Of a DNA stretch of 64,000 nucleotides, positions 57,264 to 64,000 are shown one piece after another; the stretch's first letter is position 1; each line of letters begins with the position of its first letter. Under the pieces are notes generated by a model. That model saw only the letters and a list, made by a program, of their open reading frames with translations, was not told where the DNA came from and made no database searches. Source of the DNA: a virus; the IMG/VR virus record IMGVR_UViG_3300047546_002006, positions 15,219-79,218 of that record, one strand, 5' to 3'. The position numbers and the translations under genes are program-made.

Positions 57264-57815
57264 TCACGCATTCCTCAATGTTGCTTTAACAAACCAAGCA
57301 GCTTTAAACATTTGGCCGACAAGATCAGCCATGTAGTTAGCAATATCAATGGCACCAACTTTTTGTGCAGCAGGCTCTAGTTTCTTGCAAAGGTTGGCAC
57401 ACTGCTCCAGGTTTTTGTAATAGGTAGCAAGCATGTCAGTTCCTTTGTAGGAAGTGACGGCTGTGAACGGGGGAGACGCATCCCGAAGTCCACATCCACA
57501 CATAGGCATGAGGTAGTCCATGCTTCGGATAAACTCAGCCAGTGTGTCGAACTGCTCCAGATGGCTCTCGTATTGGTCTTTAAGGAACCCATGCACCCCG
57601 AGGAAGTTCGCCCCCTCGTAGTTCAAGTGAATGAGATGGGACTGTGTCTCAAGTTCCTTGAGGTAGGCGGTGAGGGCAATGCACTGCTGGATGAAGGACC
57701 CGACGTCACCATCCTTTGATTTAGCAGGCCCCTTGGGCTTGGGCTGAGCCTGTGGTACAGCTTGAAGAACAGGAGCTTCGGGCTGTGGTGCTTGACCAGG
57801 AGCAGGAGTATACAT
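57264..57815 (-). CDS. dps: Dps / ferritin-like protein
   Basis: HLIHLNYEGANFLGVH...QY...DTLAEFIR ferroxidase pattern; KAAWFV C-terminus. Confidence 0.88.
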   Translation of the reverse strand: MYTPAPGQAPQPEAPVLQAVPQAQPKPKGPAKSKDGDVGSFIQQCIALTAYLKELETQSHLIHLNYEGANFLGVHGFLKDQYESHLEQFDTLAEFIRSMDYLMPMCGCGLRDASPPFTAVTSYKGTDMLATYYKNLEQCANLCKKLEPAAQKVGAIDIANYMADLVGQMFKAAWFVKATLRNA

Positions 57816-57841
57816 AGTTTTTAATTAGTACTTACAGTTTA

Positions 57842-59176
57842 TCAGCGGCTAATTTCTTCCCAGTCAACAGCTGCATGAACAGTGGAAGTATTAGCACTTG
57901 CAGAGATTAATAAGGATAGCTCATACGGCGTACTCGTTAAGCCATCACGTTCTAATTGAAATTTAAACAACGCTTCTCTAAGAATATCAATCGATGCATT
58001 TGATTGATTACTGGCAGAAAAATATCCCTGGGTTAAAACACGACCACCGGATGTACCAGTTCCAGTGAGGTTGTACTCAACTGCTGAATCGGTACCGGCA
58101 CTTACCCAGCTACCGCCACTTGTTGTTGCACTAGCAACCAACTGCCAGACATAGTTTGCAGTACCAGCGGCTGGCATAACAGACAATGCACTTAAGATAA
58201 CGATGGCATCAAGTGCAGCAGCTTTCAAACGTAAGGAAACTACAGGATAGAATGTACCAGCAGTTGCCATGCTATAGGGTGCTGTGATTGAGGTACCAAT
58301 GGCCTGCTGGAGACCACGCAATTCATAGCCACCTTCTGAAATAACGGTAGAACAAACTTGTTTCATTGTGCTGCTACTGGCCGTAGCAGCAGTATTTTTG
58401 ATTTCATAACGCAAAGGAAGAGATGCAGTTGTAATGTAAGTAGATGTAATTAAATTTGCATGATGAAATGAATGACAATGAACAAATTTACCATTAATAA
58501 CAAAACCAAGACGAACAGTGCCAAGTCCTAGCCATTCAATATCCATCCATAGGATTTGAGCTTTTGTTAGATCAAGAGTAAATCCTGATTTACCCGTGCC
58601 ATTTAATGGATCAACATTCCAACTTGATTGCGGCACACTGGTTTCTGTGACAACACCTGTCACAAAATTACGTTCAACAAAAGCCGGAGCAGAAGTACCG
58701 TTTTGTTCTAGATAAATGCCATTGTTAGCACCATAGTAACCAACACGCTGCCGTAGGCCAGCCTTTGCAGTATTCATTACAAAAGTAGACATAACCAGAA
58801 GTGATTTTCCTGGCTGATATGAAAATACTTTTGTTGTTTCTCGAATAATTTCAGAACCAGATGTTGTTGTGACGTTAAGGTTTACAAGCCCAGCATTAGC
58901 ATCGAACGATGTAGTGCCGCCGGTTCCACTAGATGTAGCCCAAAGATTATTGTCTCGATAGCGATGACTTGAATCAAATAATGTGAATGGATCACATGTA
59001 CGTAAACGTCCAAAAGCGTCAGATCCTGTACCACCACCTTGGACATTAACAACACCACTAGAAGATGTTGTAACTTCAACAGGCTGTCCACTGGCTGTAG
59101 TAACAACAATGCCAGAAGCGTAATCTAGATAACCAGAGGTGCCATCACCATAGTCATTGATATAACGAATAATCAT
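57842..59176 (-). CDS. Virion structural protein (beta-rich)
   Basis: SDAFGRLR...PFTLFDS, YQPGKS, EWLG.G.VR.GF, SEGG motifs of a cyanophage structural family. Confidence 0.75.
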   Translation of the reverse strand: MIIRYINDYGDGTSGYLDYASGIVVTTASGQPVEVTTSSSGVVNVQGGGTGSDAFGRLRTCDPFTLFDSSHRYRDNNLWATSSGTGGTTSFDANAGLVNLNVTTTSGSEIIRETTKVFSYQPGKSLLVMSTFVMNTAKAGLRQRVGYYGANNGIYLEQNGTSAPAFVERNFVTGVVTETSVPQSSWNVDPLNGTGKSGFTLDLTKAQILWMDIEWLGLGTVRLGFVINGKFVHCHSFHHANLITSTYITTASLPLRYEIKNTAATASSSTMKQVCSTVISEGGYELRGLQQAIGTSITAPYSMATAGTFYPVVSLRLKAAALDAIVILSALSVMPAAGTANYVWQLVASATTSGGSWVSAGTDSAVEYNLTGTGTSGGRVLTQGYFSASNQSNASIDILREALFKFQLERDGLTSTPYELSLLISASANTSTVHAAVDWEEISR

Positions 59177-59224
59177 TGGTGAAGCACAGTATTTCTTTTA
59201 TTTTAATTCCGATAACGTCTCAAC

Positions 59225-59254
59225 AAAAAACCCAGGGCATTGAATCCCTGGGCT
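59225..59254 (-). terminator. Rho-independent terminator
   Basis: Minus strand GCCCAGGG-attcaatg-CCCTGGGT followed by a T run. Confidence 0.85.
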
Positions 59255-59276
59255 ATACCCTTTTAACTAGACTTAT

Positions 59277-59537
59277 TTATTTTAGGACAATACCATCGAG
59301 GTTACGAGTGAGGTGCCCATAATCCCTGGGTTCTGTGACGGCAATGTTAGTGGTACCACAGACCTCACAGACGCCATGATGGTAGGTGGCACAGTGATTC
59401 TTGGGACCAATGTAGGCACCATCATCTTGGTACCACCCACCGTGCTTAATGCCACAGGAATAGCAAACCCAGTCTGGCCCGTAAGATTTTTTATTTAGCT
59501 TCACAGTTTTTTTGACAGGTCCGGCCGTGAACGACAT
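59277..59537 (-). CDS. Small CxxC...CxxC Zn-ribbon protein
   Basis: WVCYSCG...TYHHGVCEVCG...VTEPRDYG; start at MSFTAG. Confidence 0.65.
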   Translation of the reverse strand: MSFTAGPVKKTVKLNKKSYGPDWVCYSCGIKHGGWYQDDGAYIGPKNHCATYHHGVCEVCGTTNIAVTEPRDYGHLTRNLDGIVLK

Positions 59538-59898
59538 CGTGGAATTGTTTGATGTTGTCAAGTTGTTTTTGTTGGTTGGTGTAGTAGTTAGTAACTGCTT
59601 GTTTAAAACAGTCAAATAGTTCTGGGCCGGTCATTTCATCAATGAATTCACAGATGGTGTCCGAGAAGTACTCAATTGCTTTTTCTTTGTAAATGTTGTT
59701 GTTTTCCATGGAGGGTGAGAAATTAAATTTTGTCATGCTCGTTGGCGACTCAGCGCCAACGTAAAGTTTTTTATCTGAGTCTTGTGAAACCAAAGATGTG
59801 TCAAGGATGTTGACTTTGCGTTGAGCACGGTACCATTCCTGCCATTGCTGAATGGTTTCCATTGGTTTGTCTGTGATATCCATAAATAGAAAAGGCAC
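59491..59898 (-). CDS. Hypothetical protein
   Basis: 135-aa ORF. Confidence 0.6.
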   Translation of the reverse strand: MPFLFMDITDKPMETIQQWQEWYRAQRKVNILDTSLVSQDSDKKLYVGAESPTSMTKFNFSPSMENNNIYKEKAIEYFSDTICEFIDEMTGPELFDCFKQAVTNYYTNQQKQLDNIKQFHDVVHGRTCQKNCEAK

Positions 59899-59942
59899 AT
59901 CCCAGTGTGATGTGCCATGTAGTGTTTGGGATATTGTAAAGC

Positions 59943-60269
59943 TTAAGACATAGAAACAGTTGGTTCTGTATCTACAACAACTTGTTGAGCTTTACTTTCT
60001 TCGTACATACGTACTGCTTCTAGCATTTCAAAGTACTGGTTACGTACCAAAGGTCCAGCTTCTTTGACGCAGAAGTCATGCCATAGGCACGTGTACAGAC
60101 CATGCAAGGGATGGGCAGGATCCTGGCGACCAGCACAGTTGTACATGTGTTCCATGAAGTCAGCTTTCTTTTGTTCTTCAATGGCATTCCAATTGCGCAG
60201 TTGCTCTTTAAGCCATGGCGTATCAAAGGCACCAGCAGTGTTAAGTTTAGTTGCCAGGTCGTCAGTCAT
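59943..60269 (-). CDS. Hypothetical protein
   Basis: Start MTDDLA coupled to the upstream gene. Confidence 0.65.
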   Translation of the reverse strand: MTDDLATKLNTAGAFDTPWLKEQLRNWNAIEEQKKADFMEHMYNCAGRQDPAHPLHGLYTCLWHDFCVKEAGPLVRNQYFEMLEAVRMYEESKAQQVVVDTEPTVSMS

Positions 60270-60459
60270 TGGAATCAATTGCTGTAATGGAAGTGTAGAC
60301 AGAAGAAACATTAGATGCTGCTTCGTAGAGGAGATCATCAATCTCATCCTGAAGAGCAATAGCAATATCCTGTGGAGTTTTACCGCCAAAGGAATCGTAT
60401 TCTACGTCAATGTCAACAGCAAAAGAGACAGTAAGTTTTGGCACTACAACCAGTTCCAT
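60262..60459 (-). CDS. Hypothetical acidic protein
   Basis: 65 aa. Confidence 0.65.
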   Translation of the reverse strand: MELVVVPKLTVSFAVDIDVEYDSFGGKTPQDIAIALQDEIDDLLYEAASNVSSVYTSITAIDSND

Positions 60460-60487
60460 AGCAAGGATTTACTACGAGAACAGTGTA

Positions 60488-60907
60488 TCAGAAATAGTTG
60501 TAAAGACGCCCAGCTAAAGCGTTATTTAACATTGTCGGACCAAATTCAATTGCTTTGTTCATTCGGTTTTGATAATCTACCGCTTGACTCAAATCAATAT
60601 TTCTTTTTGCTTGTGTAGCATTAGAAAAAACATTTGAAAAAACATCTTCAGGAAACCCTGATAAATTAAATGGTTGCGTACGTAAATTCCTGAGATCAGG
60701 AATTAATGAAAACCTGACATAATAATTGGGTTGTGATGGTATATCAGATCTAGAGTAATTAGGTTGCGCTGGTATATCAGATCCAGCATTAAGACTATTA
60801 AAAAATTTTTGCCTATGTTGTGGAGCCGCACTGTAGTCATAGGCATTTGTATTGCCTATAAGCCTATCAGTTGAAAAAGCATTTAAATATCTTTGCGCCA
60901 AGGACAT
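60488..60907 (-). CDS. Hypothetical AT-rich protein with 11-aa duplication
   Basis: SDIPAQPNY and SDIPSQPNY at a 33-nt period. Confidence 0.6.
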   Translation of the reverse strand: MSLAQRYLNAFSTDRLIGNTNAYDYSAAPQHRQKFFNSLNAGSDIPAQPNYSRSDIPSQPNYYVRFSLIPDLRNLRTQPFNLSGFPEDVFSNVFSNATQAKRNIDLSQAVDYQNRMNKAIEFGPTMLNNALAGRLYNYF

Positions 60908-60908
60908 T

Positions 60909-61172
60909 TTAATTTCCCAGTAAACGCTCTAAAGAATGTGCTTGATGCTGCTGGTAGTAGCCCAGCCGTTCTTGAATTAAGTTGTAGTAGTTAATAGAAG
61001 CATCAACCATTTCCTCTGCGTCCATGGAGGACGCAAGGTTTTCATTGGCAAGCATACCAGCAGTCAAGATAACAACACCTAGTTCTTGTTTAGAACCAAG
61101 CAATGCGGTAAGAGGTGTCCCGTCCTGCGTGAAACCAGCAATCAATTTATTTAAAATGCTGTCTCCACCCAT
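60909..61172 (-). CDS. Hypothetical protein
   Basis: 87 aa, GAGGTG RBS. Confidence 0.7.
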   Translation of the reverse strand: MGGDSILNKLIAGFTQDGTPLTALLGSKQELGVVILTAGMLANENLASSMDAEEMVDASINYYNLIQERLGYYQQHQAHSLERLLGN

Positions 61173-61208
61173 GGGACACCTCGTGTTGTTTCTTAATTGT
61201 ATGACAGT

Positions 61209-61526
61209 TTATTTACCTATCTTGGCTAGGTAATACCAATAGGCGTTCATGGCATTTTGATGGAACCGTTTGCCAAGCAACAGTTTGAGTTTTTTTTGCT
61301 CTAGTTCATCAGCACGGGATTCATTGTATGGAAGGATTTCCCCATGATCTTTAAGCATGTCAAGTTCTAAGTCATTCATTTCAATTTGCAAATCAAAATC
61401 GCTGACTGCATGTTGATGACAATTCATCCGGATACGTGCATCATCACTGGATGCAGGAGGTTCAATCTTTTGGTAGAAGCTCTCCTGGATACTCGGATGT
61501 TTGTAGTTCCACTCGTGGTTCGACAT
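61209..61526 (-). CDS. Hypothetical helical protein
   Basis: Likely start MSNHEW, overlapping the upstream gene by 65 nt. Confidence 0.6.
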   Translation of the reverse strand: MSNHEWNYKHPSIQESFYQKIEPPASSDDARIRMNCHQHAVSDFDLQIEMNDLELDMLKDHGEILPYNESRADELEQKKLKLLLGKRFHQNAMNAYWYYLAKIGK

Positions 61527-62163
61527 AGATTCGTTTGGAGCGGACGCTGTATTCTTGAGTGACTTTGACTCCAGACGGTAGGTGTTGTCCTGTTTGGTAG
61601 GCATTACGTATGGCATCGAGGTTAGGGAGAACTTTAGTTTTGGTTGTAGGTTCTGTTGTGTCTGAGATAACAGCACCTGAGATTGACCGTAGCACAACTC
61701 GTTTTGTTGTGGTGGTTTCTTCTTCAACGCAATAACGTTCTCTTTCTTCAGGACTCCATACGTCCGGATCCGAGGAGATTTCAACAGTTAAGTCCCTTTT
61801 CTTAACGAGTGTGAACTGGTAGTTGCGTCCCGTGATCTTGTTGGTGTTGAAGGGGAGGGAACGCTTGAGCCAGTTTAACAATCCCTTAAGCGACCGCAGT
61901 TGGGATTCGTGGTGACGTTTGGCATTCGTGATGAGTTCAGATTCTTTCTTGATGCGTTCCAGGGCGTCTTCGTGCGCCGCCATGGCGTAGTAGATACGAT
62001 CAATCTTTTCAGAGCGAAGCTGGGAGCAAGTCTCCAGTTCCGCTTTAGCAAGCTCTTGGGACTCAGGAGTGAGAAGAGGGAGAGACTGCTCGAGAGCAGC
62101 ATAATGCTTGTACAACTCGTAAACATTTAGTTTATTCAGTTTTGTTTCTGTGATCTGGGCCAT
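61462..62163 (-). CDS. Siphovirus Gp157-like protein
   Basis: LYEL-like N-terminus, EKID..Y....coiled coil, C-terminal AI..A...G..LP.GV. Confidence 0.7.
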   Translation of the reverse strand: MAQITETKLNKLNVYELYKHYAALEQSLPLLTPESQELAKAELETCSQLRSEKIDRIYYAMAAHEDALERIKKESELITNAKRHHESQLRSLKGLLNWLKRSLPFNTNKITGRNYQFTLVKKRDLTVEISSDPDVWSPEERERYCVEEETTTTKRVVLRSISGAVISDTTEPTTKTKVLPNLDAIRNAYQTGQHLPSGVKVTQEYSVRSKRIYVEPRVELQTSEYPGELLPKD

Positions 62164-62166
62164 GGG

Positions 62167-62382
62167 TCAGTTGAGTTGGGTAATGATATTAAAATTGGTT
62201 ATTTGTTTAAACTTTTTATTTTGTCTTGCTAAACGTCGTCGTGATTCCCGAGCAGACTCAAGAACTAGCTTCAAGCCTATTCCATTGTTAGCGTCAACCA
62301 TGGCAGAATAATTTCCATGAATTAACTCACGCAATTTGTACTCACTAGTGCCATTACGAAAATCAGGTTCGCTGTTAGTCAT
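62167..62382 (-). CDS. Hypothetical protein
   Basis: 71 aa. Confidence 0.5.
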   Translation of the reverse strand: MTNSEPDFRNGTSEYKLRELIHGNYSAMVDANNGIGLKLVLESARESRRRLARQNKKFKQITNFNIITQLN

Positions 62383-62385
62383 TGT

Positions 62386-62505
62386 TTAAACGGTATGGAA
62401 ATGGGATTGAACTTTGTTGATGCAGTAGGACAGCAGCATGCCTGCTGCTGCCCACAACAAATCTTTCAGCACTGGGACAATAGCACCAAGAATGGATTCA
62501 AACAT
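62386..62505 (-). CDS. 39-aa membrane peptide (absent from ORF track)
   Basis: MFESILGAIVPVLKDLLWAAAGMLLSYCINKVQSHFHTV. Confidence 0.55.
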   Translation of the reverse strand: MFESILGAIVPVLKDLLWAAAGMLLSYCINKVQSHFHTV

Positions 62506-62529
62506 GAATGAGATGAGTTGATGAAATGT

Positions 62530-62563
62530 GTTAGTCAGTTTAACGTCATGACTAGGACGTTTT
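62530..62563 (-). ncRNA. Candidate H-type pseudoknot RNA element
   Basis: AACGUC-CUAGUCAU-GACGUU-AAAC-UGACUA: stem 1 of 6 bp; loop UAGUCA pairs with UGACUA. Confidence 0.5.
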
Positions 62564-62564
62564 A

Positions 62565-62906
62565 TTAATCATCGAGCTGCTCCAGTGCGCGGCGGATGAT
62601 GTGGTAGCGCTCGTTGTGTTGCCCTTGATCAATGTGAAGCAACGCATGTAGCGCCTGCTCCTTCAAGCTCGGCGGCTTGGGGCGGCGGTTAGAGCGCAGA
62701 CGGTCTGCACCGGTTTTCCATATCTCAACAGCGCAAAGCCACTCACAGCACGCCTCCAGCTCCTGGTCGGCGCCCCAGCGGGCGGCTTGGGTGGCGATGT
62801 AACGCTGATCTGCCATTGGTGCAGTGGCAGCTTCTTCGTTCCACTTGCGGATCAGCTCCGGCGGTGGGGTGATTGGGTGTTGGTCAGTCATTTTTTGAGT
62901 TGCCAT
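62565..62906 (-). CDS. GC-rich hypothetical protein of a common cyanophage family
   Basis: HPITPPPEL..W, ARWGADQELEACCEWL, RPKPPSLKEQAL motifs. Confidence 0.75.
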   Translation of the reverse strand: MATQKMTDQHPITPPPELIRKWNEEAATAPMADQRYIATQAARWGADQELEACCEWLCAVEIWKTGADRLRSNRRPKPPSLKEQALHALLHIDQGQHNERYHIIRRALEQLDD

Positions 62907-63214
62907 TTGCTGAGATAATCCATAAGAGTGTCAACTTTATTGCTGACAGCTTTAATTTCATCCATCATTTCTTTGCGAGATACATAGATCTCTGGCAAGT
63001 AAGGATCATTTTTACCATCAGGGTCTGAGATCTTTTGTGCTTCAGCTTCTGCTGCATACACACATTCTTGGAACATCTCCCAGGCAAGTTTCTCGTCCAT
63101 GACTTGACGAGTACCTGGATCAAAAGCAACTAATAGTTTGCCAAGGAACTTAGCTTTTTCTCGGAAGATCTCAATGAATTGATCTTCAGGTAAGCCGCAG
63201 GGGTTCAATTTCAT
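62888..63214 (-). CDS. Hypothetical protein
   Basis: Likely start MKLNPCG. Confidence 0.6.
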   Translation of the reverse strand: MKLNPCGLPEDQFIEIFREKAKFLGKLLVAFDPGTRQVMDEKLAWEMFQECVYAAEAEAQKISDPDGKNDPYLPEIYVSRKEMMDEIKAVSNKVDTLMDYLSKWQLKK

Positions 63215-63401
63215 CTTCAGGAAGAGCGTCAGATACAGCAATAGTAAGGGCATCAAGGATGAATTGTTTTTGTTTGTCTTCACCCCATGATGTCCATTCA
63301 GCAAGTTCTAAGTCATTTTCATCCCATTCGATGGTGATGTCACCACCACCATCTGGGTTTTCTTTGTATTCAATGTGTAGTTTGTCGATGAAGGAGGGCA
63401 T
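63186..63401 (-). CDS. Hypothetical acidic protein
   Basis: ENPDGGGDITIEWD motif. Confidence 0.65.
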   Translation of the reverse strand: MPSFIDKLHIEYKENPDGGGDITIEWDENDLELAEWTSWGEDKQKQFILDALTIAVSDALPEDEIEPLRLT

Positions 63402-63531
63402 GGTTTGTAAGAACAGATTCAGCGTATTCTTCTATGTGCATTTTATATTCTGCACCTGCCTTAATGAGAAGCCAATAAGTTTCTTCATCAATCTCTAAAT
63501 CAAGTTTGTATTTGCCATTGGAAAGGATCAT
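63370..63531 (-). CDS. 53-aa possible ribbon-helix-helix protein (absent from ORF track)
   Basis: ATGA coupling; MILSNGKYKLDLEIDEETYWLLIKAGAEYKMHIEEYAESVLTNHALLHRQTTH. Confidence 0.55.
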   Translation of the reverse strand: MILSNGKYKLDLEIDEETYWLLIKAGAEYKMHIEEYAESVLTNHALLHRQTTH

Positions 63532-64000
63532 GATTTCTTAACAGCCTCCTTGAGTTGAGGTAGTGCAGTACCAGGGAATGGAACGTAGCCTGCCTCCATC
63601 ATATTGAAGAACAGATCCCACGCATGGTGCTGTGTCAATACGTCATTGGGTTTGTAGGTACGCCAGTGGCTGAGCGGTGCTTGTGCACCTGACTTGGTAT
63701 GTAGCAATACAAAACGTCCGTCACTGTTGGCGTCAACGGGAGGGGCATACCACCAAGCGACGCACTTATCAGACACACCACTAGGTGCTGCATTGCGTAG
63801 TTCCGTGCGTTTGCAGAGCAACTCACGATACTTCTGGAACCAGGTCAGGTGTATACACCACGGTTCAAATCCCTGGATCTCTTCTTGGAAAGCAGATAAG
63901 TTGTTGAGCTGACGTTGAAACGACCCACACGAGCATGTAGGTTTGCCAAACAGCGGCTCTTGTTCGGTATCAGAGTCCAGTTCAGAGTCCAGATCAAGCG
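63528..64000 (-). CDS. SWIM Zn-finger protein, 5' truncated by the window edge
   Basis: Frame open upstream of the track start: PTCSCGSFQRQL...PWCIHLTW (CxC...CxH). Confidence 0.7.
   Translation of the reverse strand, partial: LDLDSELDSDTEQEPLFGKPTCSCGSFQRQLNNLSAFQEEIQGFEPWCIHLTWFQKYRELLCKRTELRNAAPSGVSDKCVAWWYAPPVDANSDGRFVLLHTKSGAQAPLSHWRTYKPNDVLTQHHAWDLFFNMMEAGYVPFPGTALPQLKEAVKKS

Noticed and set aside
1-64000. Stop-codon reassignment
   Set aside because: Core genes are intact in the standard code; TAA, TAG and TGA all end genes; no suppressor tRNA seen

Overview
This 64-kb window is part of a dsDNA tailed-phage (Caudoviricetes) genome. The host is most likely a freshwater cyanobacterium, suggested by an NblA-like gene, a cyanobacterial-type integrase remnant, tRNAs without CCA and -10-only promoter boxes. 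1-44 kb is mostly + strand virion and lysis genes: Gly/Ala-rich putative internal/ejection proteins, terminase large subunit, portal, scaffold, major capsid protein, adaptor, collagen-like and Thr/Gly-rich fibres, a glycosyltransferase-methyltransferase fusion and four peptidoglycan-hydrolase genes. A - strand nucleotide/regulatory block (DUF3310, dcd, MTase-like, HTH) interrupts it. 44-64 kb is mostly - strand: HNH-like genes, a candidate origin, GT4, speD, primase-helicase, PD-(D/E)xK nuclease, tRNA-Pro and tRNA-Thr, Dps, a Gp157-like gene and many small early-type genes. No tail sheath or clear tape measure is visible, so a podovirus-like morphology is possible but unproven. The most notable observations: (1) a candidate virion-fibre glycosylation system; (2) a 551-nt portal/scaffold overlap within a recurring overlap pattern; (3) unannotated paralogous mini-genes sharing an N-terminal leader; (4) a TAnnAT box upstream of at least 18 genes; (5) several apparently inactivated enzymes (integrase, adenine MTase, HNH); (6) a circularly permuted M23-like peptidase; (7) a 38-aa module shared by two unrelated lysins; (8) two candidate structured RNAs. 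All family assignments come from motif recognition by eye; no database search was run.
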